DNA of 64,000 bases from an uncultured Oscillospiraceae bacterium (lineage in GTDB: Bacteria; Bacillota; Clostridia; Christensenellales; CAG-314), in assembly GCA_964521735.1 (NCBI GenBank), contig CAZFTO010000003.1:983-64982 (forward strand). The letters run 5' to 3'. Below, one piece after another: positions 47,688 to 58,404 of this stretch. Each line of letters starts with the position of its first letter. Position 1 is the stretch's first letter. Made by a program: the position numbers and the translations under genes. Under the pieces are notes generated by a model, which saw only the letters and a program-made list of their open reading frames with translations, was not told where the DNA came from and made no database searches.

Positions 47688-49085
47688 ATGGGTTTGAAGT
47701 TGGATTTCAGCAACTTGACGTCTGAAGTTGTTGGAAAAGAAGGGATTGAAAAAGACGTGTTTCTTAACTGCGCCGAATTGGCCAAGAAGGCGCATGAAGT
47801 GGTGGAAAACGGACGCGGAAAAGGCATGCAAGAGTGGATGCTTTTGCCTTACGAACAAAACGAAGTTGTTTCGCGCATTTTGACCGTTTCCGAACGTATT
47901 CAAAACAATTTTGAAAACTTTGTTGTGTTGGGAATAGGTGGTTCTGCACTTGGTCCCACGGCAGTTTTTTCGGCGTTGAAACACACGTACTACAACGAAT
48001 TGCCACAATTGGTGCGCAAAACGCCTCGTTTCTATGTTTTGGATAATGTGGATCCGGAAAAAATGAATGCTCTTTTTGACGTCATCGATGTGACAAAAAC
48101 GGCGTTCAACGTGATAACAAAATCCGGTTCCACAAGCGAAACTATGAGTCAATTTTTGATAGTTTTGGGCTTGCTAACGGAAAAGTTGGGTGCAGATGCA
48201 GTTAAGCACATTTTTGCAACCACAAGCGAAAGCTCGGGCAATTTGATCAAGCTATCCAAGCAATATGGCTTTGAAACATTCTACGTTCCGGCAGGCGTTG
48301 GCGGAAGATTTTCGGAATTTTCGCCCGTTGGTTTGTTGCCGGCAGCGGTAGTTGGCATCGATATTGTTGAATTGTTGCGTGGTGCACGCGAAATGGACGA
48401 AAGATGCAAAAACGATAGCTCTCTCGAAAACCCTGCATTGGCAAGCGCAGTGATGCTGAATTTGTTTGAGGAAAGGGGCAAAAATATTCAAGTTGTGATG
48501 CCCTATTCGGACGGTTTGAAATACGTTGCCGATTGGTATTGCCAACTGTGGGCAGAATCGTTGGGTAAAGAAGTTGATAATGACGGCAAGGTTGTTAACT
48601 GCGGGCAAACGCCGGTTAAAGCTATTGGCGTAACCGATCAACACAGCCAAATTCAGTTGTATAACGAAGGGCCTTTCGACAAAGTTATCACCTTCATCGA
48701 AGTGGAAAAATTCCGTTCCGACATTGACATTCCCAAACTTTGCCAGGAGTATCCCGGTGTTCAATTTTTGGGTGGCCATAGTTTGTCCGAACTTATGCAA
48801 AAGGAATTGTTTGCCACAAGATATGCTTTGACTAAACGTGGCAGAGTTAACTATACCATTTTGTTGGATACCATCAACGAATATAACGTTGGCGCTTTGC
48901 TATATTTGTTGCAGCTGCAAACGGCCTATGCTGGTGCTTTACTTAACGTAAACACTTTCAATCAACCCGGTGTGGAAGGTGGAAAAAATGCCACCTATGC
49001 TTTGTTTGGCCGCGAGGGCTACGAAGAGTTGGCTGCTGAAATAGAAAACAGCACAAAAAATACAAAAAAATTTATTGTTGAATAA
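47688..49085 (+). CDS. pgi: glucose-6-phosphate isomerase (short bacterial type)
   Basis: ..VVLGIGGSALGP.., ..ITKSGSTSET.. and ..GGRFSEFSPVGLLP.. are PGI signatures. Confidence 0.9.
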   Translation: MGLKLDFSNLTSEVVGKEGIEKDVFLNCAELAKKAHEVVENGRGKGMQEWMLLPYEQNEVVSRILTVSERIQNNFENFVVLGIGGSALGPTAVFSALKHTYYNELPQLVRKTPRFYVLDNVDPEKMNALFDVIDVTKTAFNVITKSGSTSETMSQFLIVLGLLTEKLGADAVKHIFATTSESSGNLIKLSKQYGFETFYVPAGVGGRFSEFSPVGLLPAAVVGIDIVELLRGAREMDERCKNDSSLENPALASAVMLNLFEERGKNIQVVMPYSDGLKYVADWYCQLWAESLGKEVDNDGKVVNCGQTPVKAIGVTDQHSQIQLYNEGPFDKVITFIEVEKFRSDIDIPKLCQEYPGVQFLGGHSLSELMQKELFATRYALTKRGRVNYTILLDTINEYNVGALLYLLQLQTAYAGALLNVNTFNQPGVEGGKNATYALFGREGYEELAAEIENSTKNTKKFIVE

Positions 49086-49101
49086 TTAACGAGGTGTAAA
49101 A

Positions 49102-50340
49102 ATGTTACCCAAAAATCCCGCCAAAGGCATGAGAGACTTTTTGCCCGATGAATTTGCTTTGAGACAGCAAATTTTGTCTACAATACAACAAACGTATCAA
49201 AGTTTTGGCTTTACACGCATCGAAACCCCTTCGGTGGAAAATTTGTCTTTGCTCACTTCCAAACAAGGTGGCGATAACGAAAAACTTATTTTTAAAATTT
49301 TGAAGCGTGGCGAAAAGTTGGAAAATGCTGATGGTGAATTGTGCGATTTGGGCTTGCGTTACGATTTGACAGTGCCTCTTGCTCGCTTTTATTGCAACAA
49401 CATGGGCAAATTGCCTTCGGTGTTCAAATCGATACAAATGGATAATGTTTGGCGTGCCGATCGTCCTCAACGCGGTCGTTTTCGTCAATTTATGCAGTGT
49501 GATATTGATATTATCGGCGAAGAGAGTAACCTTGCGGAAATAGAATTGATTTTGGCAACGACGACGGCTCTGGCAAATTTAAACTTCGATAACGTTACGG
49601 TGAGAATTTCCGATCGCCGTTTGTTGAACGCGCTTGCAGAATTTTGTGGCTTCACGGAAGAACAACGCCCCGGTGTTTTTATTGCATTGGACAAGCTGGA
49701 TAAAATTGGCGTTGTTGGTGTTATGCGCGAACTTGAAGAAGTTGCACCTGGAAAATCGGAATTTTTCATCGATTTGATCGGGCGCATAACAGCTGCTGAA
49801 AATCCTTTTGAAAAATGCGTTGAAGAACTGGGCGATTATTTGCCGTCAGAAGTAAAAGAAAATTTGTCGCAAATTTTGTACGTAACCAACAATTGTGTGA
49901 AAAACGCCAAAGTGGTGTTCGACGTTACATTGGTTCGCGGCATGGGCTACTATACCGGCACTATCTATGAAATTGCAGTTGACGGCATGACTTCATCCGT
50001 TGGTGGTGGTGGCCGCTACGACAAAATGATTGGCAAAATCACTGGCACGGACGTTTGTGCTTGCGGTTTTTCCATTGGTTTTGAAAGAATTGCAATGCTT
50101 ATGCAAGAACGTGGCGACACTTTTAAGCGTAGCCGTGGATGCGCAGTTTTGTTGCCTAAAAACTCTTCCGAAAAAGAACTTTTGGATGCAATGCAGGCCT
50201 GCAATCATTTGCGTGAGCGTGGCCCAGTAACCGTTTTGCATCGCATAAAGAATTTTGGATATCAATTGCATCAATTGCAGGATGCTGGATTTGAAGTTAT
50301 TTACGAATTTAAAAACGGTGCTCTGGTAAAAATTGACTAG
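49102..50340 (+). CDS. hisS: histidine--tRNA ligase
   Basis: GAGGTG SD. ..KGMRDFLP.., ..FRQFMQCDIDIIG.. and ..GGGGRYDKMIG.. are present. Length is 412 aa, including an anticodon-binding C-terminus. Confidence 0.85.
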   Translation: MLPKNPAKGMRDFLPDEFALRQQILSTIQQTYQSFGFTRIETPSVENLSLLTSKQGGDNEKLIFKILKRGEKLENADGELCDLGLRYDLTVPLARFYCNNMGKLPSVFKSIQMDNVWRADRPQRGRFRQFMQCDIDIIGEESNLAEIELILATTTALANLNFDNVTVRISDRRLLNALAEFCGFTEEQRPGVFIALDKLDKIGVVGVMRELEEVAPGKSEFFIDLIGRITAAENPFEKCVEELGDYLPSEVKENLSQILYVTNNCVKNAKVVFDVTLVRGMGYYTGTIYEIAVDGMTSSVGGGGRYDKMIGKITGTDVCACGFSIGFERIAMLMQERGDTFKRSRGCAVLLPKNSSEKELLDAMQACNHLRERGPVTVLHRIKNFGYQLHQLQDAGFEVIYEFKNGALVKID

Positions 50341-50342
50341 AA

Positions 50343-52883
50343 ATGGAAAATAAATTTGAAAAACAATTAAATGGCAAAGACGTTGTTGCAACTAAGTCCT
50401 CACGTCGACAAAACAAAGCTCTTTCGATCGAATCGGTAGAGCGCTTTGTCGCGCCTAAAACAGAGGGGCTGAACGAGCAGCAGGTTGCCTTGCGCCAAGA
50501 ACAAGGGTTGATAAACGTCGACTCTACCAAGCGTGGTAAAAGCATTGCTGGAATTGTTTTTTCAAACGTTTTCACATTTTTCAACATAATTTATATGATT
50601 ATTGCCGTTGTGCTTTGCCTGTACGGCTTGGCGGCACAGTGTTCCTTTTTGCCGGTAGTTATTGCAAACACGGCAATTGCAATAATCCAAGAAATAAAAT
50701 CCAAGCTTACGCTCGATAAACTTAATCTTATAACTCAGCCAAAGGTAAAAGTTGTGCGCAACGGACAAGTTTCGGAAATTTCCGTTGATCAACTTGTGCT
50801 GGACGACGTTGTGGAAATTGCCAACGGCGCACAGATTTCTGCCGACTGTGAGGTTTTGGATGGGTTTGTTGAAGTTAACGAATCTATTTTGACGGGCGAA
50901 AGCGATGCCGTTACAAAGCGTGTGGGGGACGTGTTGCTTGCGGGTAGCTACGTTGTTTCCGGCAGTTGTACTGCAAGGGTTTGCAAAGTTGGCAAATTCA
51001 ACTACGTTGCTAGCCTTTCTGGCAAGGCAAAGCAATACAACAAGCCGCGTTCGCAAATGCTAAAATCTTTGCGCGGCATTTTGGTTTTTATTGCAATAAT
51101 AGTTGTGCCCATGACGGTTGGCCTTTACGTAGTAAACGCATCCTATAACTATTTGCACAGCGATAGCTATTCGCCTTCAATAGGCGCTTTTGCTGATTTT
51201 TCGTTGCTAAACTTGGATATTAAGGCGCTAAACTTGACGGCAGGATCCATCATATCTATGATTCCAGCTGGTCCCTTTTTGCTAACAAGCGTTGCGCTTG
51301 CTGCATCGTTTTTGCGGTTAGCAAAGAAAAACACAATGGTGCAAGAACTGTATTGCATCGAAATGCTTGCGCGTGTCGACACTCTTTGCTTAGATAAAAC
51401 AGGCACGATAACGGACGGAACCATGCGTGTTGAAGAAAGCATCGACTTGCGTCCAAACAACAGCACTTGGACTATTCGCGAGATAATGTCTAGCATGAAT
51501 GCGGCTCTGGCGGCTGACAACATGACTAGTCGCGCCCTAAAAAAGTTTTTTGGCTGTCCTAAAAAGCCGGCGTTGCAAGCGGTATCCACAATTCCGTTCT
51601 CTTCCGAACGCAAGTTTTCTGCCGTTTCGTTTAGAGCCGAAGGCACGTTTATTTTGGGCGCACCGGAATATGTTCTTAGAACGCATAATCAGCGTGTTGA
51701 TGATTTGGTGAAGAAATATGCCGAGCAAGGCTTGCGAGTTTTGCTGCTGGCTCATTCGGCAACTACCATCTACGACAGTGCAAACTTGCCACAAGCGCGC
51801 CGTCCAATTGCAGTGATTGTTATTGAAGACCATATTCGCAGCGATGCCACGGATACAATTCAGTGGTTTGTGGATAATGGCGTGCAAATAAAAGTTATTT
51901 CCGGCGACAACCCGACGGCTGTTTCCAACATTGCTCAGCGCGTTGGTGTTGAAGGTGCGGAAAAATATATAAGTTTGGAAGGTATGTCGGACGAAGAAGT
52001 TCGCAAAGTTGCCACAAGTTATACCGTGTTTGGGCGTGTTTCTCCCGAACAAAAGGCAATATTGGTAAAATCCATGCGAGAAAATGGCCAAACCGTAGCC
52101 ATGACGGGAGACGGTGTGAACGATATTTTGGCAATGAAGGAATCGGATTGTTCCATTTCTCTTGCTGGTGGCAGTGATGCAGCAAGAAAGGTTTCGCACC
52201 TGATTTTGATGGATGACAGTTTCTCTTCCTTGCCCAGTGTAGTGGCGGAAGGCCGCAGGGTTGTTAACAACATTCAAAGTGCAACTTCAATGTACTTTAT
52301 GAAAACCGTCTACGTTATTGCCATAAACGTGCTGCTTATTTTTGCGCATTTCGTGTTAGGCATGACGATGACTTCGCCGCTGACAAATTTGCAAGTAATG
52401 CTTATGGACTGGGTTGTTGTTGCGTTGCCCACAACATTGCTTGCTTTGCAACCCAACGAAAACGTTATCAAAGGGAACTTCTTTGCTAACGTGTTGAAAC
52501 GCTGTTTGCCGGCATCGTTAACCTTTATTATCTCTACCGTTTCGCTATATTTGTTGCAAGCGCTTTGCGATCCTGCAATTATCAATTCTAGCGAAGTGCT
52601 GGGAACGCTTGTTACCATATCCTATACGTTTGGCGGTTTGTTTGCATTGTTCTATACCTGCAAACCCTTTAACAAATGGAAGGTTGCAATGTACGTCGCA
52701 ATTTCGTTGGTGGTGCTTGCCGGCGTGTGTGTTCCTGTGTTAAGCGGATATCTAACTTACGCCACGCTTAACCGCGAACAATTGCTGTTGTTGTTGGTGG
52801 AAATACTTTCTATGCCCTTTGTGTTGTTGGTTTTAGTAAAAATCTTTCACAAACAAAAGCATGGAAAATTGATTGAAAAGTAG
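50343..52883 (+). CDS. cation-translocating P-type ATPase (P2-like, substrate unknown)
   Basis: TGES (ILTGESDAV), DKTGTIT (51393-51407), MTGDGVNDILAM. The TM4 motif reads IPAGPF (51261-51278) instead of PEGL. The start is 2 nt after the hisS stop. Confidence 0.85.
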   Translation: MENKFEKQLNGKDVVATKSSRRQNKALSIESVERFVAPKTEGLNEQQVALRQEQGLINVDSTKRGKSIAGIVFSNVFTFFNIIYMIIAVVLCLYGLAAQCSFLPVVIANTAIAIIQEIKSKLTLDKLNLITQPKVKVVRNGQVSEISVDQLVLDDVVEIANGAQISADCEVLDGFVEVNESILTGESDAVTKRVGDVLLAGSYVVSGSCTARVCKVGKFNYVASLSGKAKQYNKPRSQMLKSLRGILVFIAIIVVPMTVGLYVVNASYNYLHSDSYSPSIGAFADFSLLNLDIKALNLTAGSIISMIPAGPFLLTSVALAASFLRLAKKNTMVQELYCIEMLARVDTLCLDKTGTITDGTMRVEESIDLRPNNSTWTIREIMSSMNAALAADNMTSRALKKFFGCPKKPALQAVSTIPFSSERKFSAVSFRAEGTFILGAPEYVLRTHNQRVDDLVKKYAEQGLRVLLLAHSATTIYDSANLPQARRPIAVIVIEDHIRSDATDTIQWFVDNGVQIKVISGDNPTAVSNIAQRVGVEGAEKYISLEGMSDEEVRKVATSYTVFGRVSPEQKAILVKSMRENGQTVAMTGDGVNDILAMKESDCSISLAGGSDAARKVSHLILMDDSFSSLPSVVAEGRRVVNNIQSATSMYFMKTVYVIAINVLLIFAHFVLGMTMTSPLTNLQVMLMDWVVVALPTTLLALQPNENVIKGNFFANVLKRCLPASLTFIISTVSLYLLQALCDPAIINSSEVLGTLVTISYTFGGLFALFYTCKPFNKWKVAMYVAISLVVLAGVCVPVLSGYLTYATLNREQLLLLLVEILSMPFVLLVLVKIFHKQKHGKLIEK

Positions 52884-52932
52884 TTTTTTTGACGGTACTG
52901 TTTTGTGCCGTCAAAAATTGTATTGAGGGAAA

Positions 52933-54813
52933 ATGTTATTGCAATTACGATCGGCGGAATTTCGCTACGCCGATACAACAATTTTTAGAGACGTCAATTT
53001 GGACGTAAACGAGGGCGAAAGCGTTGGCCTAGTTGGAGCAAACGGCGCCGGAAAAAGTACGTTGCTATCTTGTTTGGCGGATGGAGCAACACTTTTTAGC
53101 GGTAGTTTGACCAAAAAGAATGGACTTACAATTGGTTATTTACGGCAAAATGCAGATTTCTCCTCCGAAAAGACTTTGTTTGATGAAATGATGTCGGTGT
53201 TTGCATATCAAACTGGATTATTGCAAAAGATTGACGAAATTTCCACCGAGATGGCTCATGCGAATTTTGACAGCGCTGAATATAAGGCACTTGCAGAAAA
53301 GTACCATCGCTTGTCGGTGGAGGCGGATGTTTCGGAAGCTTATCAGTGCAAGGTCAAGGTGGATACGGTGCTTACCGGCATGGGCTTTGCTGGTTTTGCT
53401 GATAGAATTGTATCTTCACTATCCGGCGGCGAAAAGACAAAAGCGGCATTGTGCAAGTTGCTTTTGCAACGCCCCGAACTTATGATATTGGACGAGCCCA
53501 CTAACCACTTGGACTACAAAACGTTGGATTGGTTGGAAAACTTTTTGTCAGACAAAAAATCCACTCTTATAGTTGTTTCACACGATAGATACTTTTTGGA
53601 TAAGTTGTGCACAACCATTTGGGATATTCAGCATGGCGAAATAGTTGCGTATAAGGGCAATTATTCCAAATATAAGGTACTAAAGGCCGAGCGGTTGGAA
53701 AACCTGCGCCGTTCCTACGAAAAACAACAAAAGGAAATTGCTAAACTAAACGACTATATAGCACGTAACAAAGTGCGCGCATCCACCGCCGATATGGCAA
53801 AGTCGCGCGAAAAGGCGTTGGAAAGAATGCAAGTGATAGAAGCGCCCAAACATGACGAAAAGGTGCCTCGTTTCAAGTTTGAATGTACGTCGGCGCCCTC
53901 GGAATTTCCGCTTACCATAAAAGATTTGACGCTTGGCTATGGTGAAAACGTGCTGCTAACGGGTGCAGAACTGGTGGTGCGGCGTGGCAAAAAGGTTGCA
54001 TTGCTAGGACTTAACGGCACGGGAAAATCCACGCTTATTCGTCGCATTGCGGCAAACAATCCGGCAGATCTGGGTAAAATTGTTTTTGGTAAAAATGTGC
54101 GAATGGGCTACTATGATCAAGAAAACCAAAACCTAGATGGAAGTCTTCGTGTGCTAGATCAACTTTGGTTTGATAACGTAAGACTATCGCAAACGGAAGT
54201 GCGCAGTTTGCTGGCGTTGGTGTGTTTGGATGCGGACGACGTGTACAAACAGGTTTCGTCACTTTCTGGTGGTGAGCGCGCAAAGCTTGGTTTGGCAATG
54301 ATCATGGCAAAAGACAACAATTTTTTGTTGTTGGATGAACCCACTAACCATTTAGATATGCCATCGAGAGAAGTATTGGAGCAGGCGCTAAATAGCTACG
54401 AAGGAACTTTGTTTTTTGTTTCGCACGATAGATATTTTGTCAACAGTGTTGCAGACGAAATTGTTGAATTGGACGATGGAAAACTTGTTTGCTATCAAGG
54501 CAACTACGACGATTTTGTGAGTAAAAAGGATAGTGCCAAACAGCCGACCGTGGAAACAAAAAAAGCGAAAGACACGTCTTATCGTTCCCCTAAACAGCGC
54601 GCCGCACAAACAAACTTGGCCAAAAAGATTCGCGAAGTGGAGACACTTATCGGCTCGTTGGAAGAGCAATTGCAGTTACTAAGTGAAGAAATGGCTAGCC
54701 CGGAAGTGGTGGCTGATTATTCAAAACTATCCGTTGTGCTAGAAAAACAAAAAGAAGTTTCCAAGCAGCTGGAAGACGCAATGTCGCAGTGGGAATTGTT
54801 GCTTGACTCATAG
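52933..54813 (+). CDS. ABC-F family ATP-binding protein
   Basis: GAGGGA SD. It has two ABC modules (GANGAGKST and GLNGTGKST; LSGGEKTK and LSGGERAK) with no TM domain, plus a C-terminal coiled-coil tail. Confidence 0.9.
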   Translation: MLLQLRSAEFRYADTTIFRDVNLDVNEGESVGLVGANGAGKSTLLSCLADGATLFSGSLTKKNGLTIGYLRQNADFSSEKTLFDEMMSVFAYQTGLLQKIDEISTEMAHANFDSAEYKALAEKYHRLSVEADVSEAYQCKVKVDTVLTGMGFAGFADRIVSSLSGGEKTKAALCKLLLQRPELMILDEPTNHLDYKTLDWLENFLSDKKSTLIVVSHDRYFLDKLCTTIWDIQHGEIVAYKGNYSKYKVLKAERLENLRRSYEKQQKEIAKLNDYIARNKVRASTADMAKSREKALERMQVIEAPKHDEKVPRFKFECTSAPSEFPLTIKDLTLGYGENVLLTGAELVVRRGKKVALLGLNGTGKSTLIRRIAANNPADLGKIVFGKNVRMGYYDQENQNLDGSLRVLDQLWFDNVRLSQTEVRSLLALVCLDADDVYKQVSSLSGGERAKLGLAMIMAKDNNFLLLDEPTNHLDMPSREVLEQALNSYEGTLFFVSHDRYFVNSVADEIVELDDGKLVCYQGNYDDFVSKKDSAKQPTVETKKAKDTSYRSPKQRAAQTNLAKKIREVETLIGSLEEQLQLLSEEMASPEVVADYSKLSVVLEKQKEVSKQLEDAMSQWELLLDS

Positions 54814-55031
54814 TGTTTTTGAAAACGCCTATTATTTCCTTCGGTCTTTTCAAAAGGAAACGATTGTGTAATACTATGATTGACATAATTTATGTTTTTC
54901 GATATAAATTGGGTAATTTTTAGCTTTTGTGTTGAAAAATTGGTGACATTTGAACGCTTTTGGAATTCTTGTTTATTGCAGTTGAAAAGAAATTGTGGTA
55001 TAGTTTGTTATTTGAAACAGGGAGGAAATCT

Positions 55032-55724
55032 ATGAAAGTGGCGCTAATAACAGGAGGTTCTAGGGGCATTGGTGCGGCAACCGTTCGTCTTTTTGCCCAG
55101 AAAGGATATTCCGTTATTTTGAACTATAATCAGAGTGAGCAAGCGGCGTTTGCGTTGCGCGACGAGTTGCGTCAAAATGGTTTTGACGTTCACGCTTATC
55201 AAGCCGACGTGTCTGACGTTGCACAAGTTGCAGAAATGTTTGCTTGGGTGAAAAAGTTTTTTAAACATCTAGACGTTCTTGTTAACAACGCTGGCGTGTG
55301 CTATTATTCGCCTTGTCTGGACGTTAACGAAAGAGTTTTTGACAAAACGTTCAACGTTAATTGTAAGGGTACGTTTTTTTGTTGCAAGCATGCTGTTGAT
55401 TTGTTGCGTCGTTCGCAGCATGGAAATATCGTCAACGTTTCGTCTATTTGGGGAAGAGTGGGGGCATCGTGCGAAAGTGTTTATTGCATGACTAAGCACG
55501 CCGTTTTGGGGCTAACCAAAAGCCTTGCCGACGAATTGAATGGCGAAGTGCGCGTTAACTGTGTGTGTCCTTCGATTGTGCGCACGGATATGTGCCGTAA
55601 CCTTTCGGAAGAGGACGTTGCAGCTTTTTGTGAAGAAAATAATGTTTGTGAGCAGTCTCCTTTAGATGTTGCACAATTGATTTTGCAACTGGCCGAGACG
55701 GATGCTACCGGCGTTATTATGTGA
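55032..55724 (+). CDS. SDR-family oxidoreductase
   Basis: GGGAGGAA SD then ATG 55032. ITGGSRGIGAA, NNAG and YCMTK (YxxxK) are present. Confidence 0.85.
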   Translation: MKVALITGGSRGIGAATVRLFAQKGYSVILNYNQSEQAAFALRDELRQNGFDVHAYQADVSDVAQVAEMFAWVKKFFKHLDVLVNNAGVCYYSPCLDVNERVFDKTFNVNCKGTFFCCKHAVDLLRRSQHGNIVNVSSIWGRVGASCESVYCMTKHAVLGLTKSLADELNGEVRVNCVCPSIVRTDMCRNLSEEDVAAFCEENNVCEQSPLDVAQLILQLAETDATGVIM

Positions 55725-55737
55725 TGGAGGATAAACT

Positions 55738-56700
55738 ATGGCTTGGTATTGGATTGTGCTTATTGTGGCAGGTGCGTTGCTTTGCTTATGGATTGCATTC
55801 TGTATTGTAGCCGCAAAAATGTTGCTAAATCAGGCAACGACACCGGTTGCGCACACTTTGGAAGAAGCGCGAGTATATCAAAGCGAGAAAGAACATTGTG
55901 ATTTTTCTGACTATGACAACGTTTGGAAAAAGCAAGGTTTTGCTTTAGATGGTGTCCACGGCAAAGTTCGCGGCGAAATTATTTTCAATGAAAAGCCGTC
56001 GTCCCCGACAAAAGTTGCAATTATTTGCCACGGACACACTTGGAACAGACTAAATTCCTTGAAGTACGCCAAAGTTTTTTATGATAACGGTTACAATTTG
56101 GTTATGTACGATCATGGTTATTTTGGCGAATCGGACGGCACGTTCACAACGCTGGGAGACTATGAACGGCACGATTTAAGCACGGTTATCGACCACGTAA
56201 AATCGGTTTTTGGCAACGATTGCAAGGTTGGTTTACACGGCGAAAGTATGGGCGCTGCAACGGTTTTGCTTTTGCTAGGGTTGCGCAGTGACGTTAGTTT
56301 TGTTGTCGCCGACTGTCCGTTTTCCGACACGATGAGCTACTATCGTGAGTTGTGTTGGTGCAAAATACATTTACCTGCTTTTCCCATTATAGATATTGCC
56401 AATGCGCTTTCAAGAAAAAAATATGGCTACGATTTTCGCAAGGTTAGCCCCATAAGAGCGGTTAAGGATAGCCCTGTTCCCGTTTGTTTGATTCATGGAA
56501 AGCAAGACGACTTCATTTTTCCAACTCACAGCGAAGCAATTTTTGCACAGTGCAAAAATCCGTTGTCTCAATTGCATTTGGTTGAAGACGCTAAACACGC
56601 CGAAAGCTATCACGCTGATCCTGCGGCCTATGCCGCTATTGTTGGCAGTTTTCTTAAAACTGTGGAAAAGCAAAACGTCGCCGACAGTGCGGAAAATTAA
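55738..56700 (+). CDS. alpha/beta hydrolase with N-terminal membrane anchor
   Basis: GGAGGA SD. It has an N-terminal TM helix, the GLHGESMGAAT nucleophile elbow, and later Asp and His residues. Confidence 0.75.
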   Translation: MAWYWIVLIVAGALLCLWIAFCIVAAKMLLNQATTPVAHTLEEARVYQSEKEHCDFSDYDNVWKKQGFALDGVHGKVRGEIIFNEKPSSPTKVAIICHGHTWNRLNSLKYAKVFYDNGYNLVMYDHGYFGESDGTFTTLGDYERHDLSTVIDHVKSVFGNDCKVGLHGESMGAATVLLLLGLRSDVSFVVADCPFSDTMSYYRELCWCKIHLPAFPIIDIANALSRKKYGYDFRKVSPIRAVKDSPVPVCLIHGKQDDFIFPTHSEAIFAQCKNPLSQLHLVEDAKHAESYHADPAAYAAIVGSFLKTVEKQNVADSAEN

Positions 56701-56727
56701 GTTAGATTTTTATAGAGGAGAATACCT

Positions 56728-58404
56728 ATGGTTAAGATTTCAGAAATTAAGTACGTTCGCCCCGACAAAGAAGAAATTCTTGCAAAACTTGCCGACTTCA
56801 AAGCTCGTTTCGATGGTGCAAGTTCTGTTGATGAGTTCTATTCCGTGCACGACGAATACAAAGATTTTATTGAAAAAGTAAGCACAAATTCGCGCATTGC
56901 GTTTATCCGTTTCACTCAGGATACTCGCAACGAATTCTATGCGCAAGAACAAGATTTCTTGGACGAAATCGGTCCGGAAATTTCCGTTGCTACTGCCGAG
57001 ATTAGCAAATGCTATCTAAACAGCAAATACCGCAAGCAGCTAGAAGAACGCTTTCCTAAAGTTATGTTCAAAAATCTCCAAATGGAGGTGGATGCTCACG
57101 ATCCTCGACTTATTGATGACGAAGTTGAGGAAAATAAACTGGTTACTTCCTACACCAAGCTGATGAGCAGCATTGTTATCGATTTTAAGGGCGAAAAACT
57201 GCCCATGAGCGGCATTCGCAAATACTTTACTGCCGACGATAGGCAACTGCGCAAAGATGCTTTTATGGCTTTTGGCCAAGCCATTGAAGATAACAAAGAG
57301 CAGCTTGACGAAATCTACGATAAACTTGTTAAGGTTCGCACCAAAATGGGCCGCAAACTTGGCTTCGAAAACTATTCTCCGTTGGGATATTTGCGCATGC
57401 AACGCAATTGCTACACAAAGGAAGATATTGCTAAGTTCCGTGCTAACGTGCTTAAATATTTGGTTCCGCTTGCTACAAAAATCCGCAACAAAGTTGCTGA
57501 CGATTTGGGAATTGAAAAACAATATATCTACGACGACAGTGTATTCACAAAGGAAGAACCTAAGCCCATTGGAACGCCGAAAGAAATTTTTGCCAACGCT
57601 TCAAAAATGTATAACGCAATGTCGGAAGAAACGGGAAAATTATTCGACGAAATGGTGGAATGTGAATGCTTCGACGTTATGTCGCGCGAAGGAAAGTGGG
57701 GTGGCGGCTACTGCGAAGGTTTGCCCGCATACAAATTGCCGTTTATTCTCTCCAACTGGAACGGTTCTGCCGGCGATATCGATGTGTTGACACATGAATT
57801 TGGGCACGCATTTGAATTTTATAAGTCGTTCTTTATTGAAAGTGAATTTTTAAGCAGCATTTCAATGGAAACTGCCGAAGTACATTCCATGTCGATGGAA
57901 TTTTTGGCCTATCCTTGGATTGATCTGTTCTTTGGCGACAAAACGGATGCTTACAAGTTCTATCATATTGGCGGTGCGGTTACTTTTATTCCATACGGAA
58001 CAATTGTGGACTATTTTCAACAAACTTGCTTAGATAACCCAGATATGACTCCTGCAGAAAGAAACGCATTCTATAACAAAATTGAAAAACAATTTTTGCC
58101 GCACATGACGACCGAAGGCATACCTGCTTTGCAAGACGGCAGACGTTGGCAACGTCAAGCGCACATTTTTGAATCGCCCTTCTACTACATAGACTATTGC
58201 CTTGCGCAATTCACGGCATTGCAATTTTTGGCACTTTCTCAACAAGACTATGAAGCCACTTTCCAAAAATACATAACGTTTTTGAACTTTGGTGGCACCA
58301 AAACTTTCGTGGAATTGTTACAAGAATGTGGTTTGATGTCCCCGTTCGAAGAAGAAAGTTTCAAGCTTGTTGTTGCTTCCTGCGAAAAGATTTTGGGATT
58401 ATAA
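56728..58404 (+). CDS. pepF: M3-family oligoendopeptidase F
   Basis: AGAGGAG SD. The THEFGHAFEF zinc-binding HExxH motif is present. Length is 558 aa. Confidence 0.85.
   Translation: MVKISEIKYVRPDKEEILAKLADFKARFDGASSVDEFYSVHDEYKDFIEKVSTNSRIAFIRFTQDTRNEFYAQEQDFLDEIGPEISVATAEISKCYLNSKYRKQLEERFPKVMFKNLQMEVDAHDPRLIDDEVEENKLVTSYTKLMSSIVIDFKGEKLPMSGIRKYFTADDRQLRKDAFMAFGQAIEDNKEQLDEIYDKLVKVRTKMGRKLGFENYSPLGYLRMQRNCYTKEDIAKFRANVLKYLVPLATKIRNKVADDLGIEKQYIYDDSVFTKEEPKPIGTPKEIFANASKMYNAMSEETGKLFDEMVECECFDVMSREGKWGGGYCEGLPAYKLPFILSNWNGSAGDIDVLTHEFGHAFEFYKSFFIESEFLSSISMETAEVHSMSMEFLAYPWIDLFFGDKTDAYKFYHIGGAVTFIPYGTIVDYFQQTCLDNPDMTPAERNAFYNKIEKQFLPHMTTEGIPALQDGRRWQRQAHIFESPFYYIDYCLAQFTALQFLALSQQDYEATFQKYITFLNFGGTKTFVELLQECGLMSPFEEESFKLVVASCEKILGL

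Noticed and set aside
52886-52918. Hairpin TTTTTGACGGTAC..GTGCCGTCAAAAA after the P-type ATPase gene.
   Set aside because: On the + strand the stem is followed by an A-run rather than a T-run, so it is not a canonical terminator for the ATPase. No minus-strand gene exists that it could serve.
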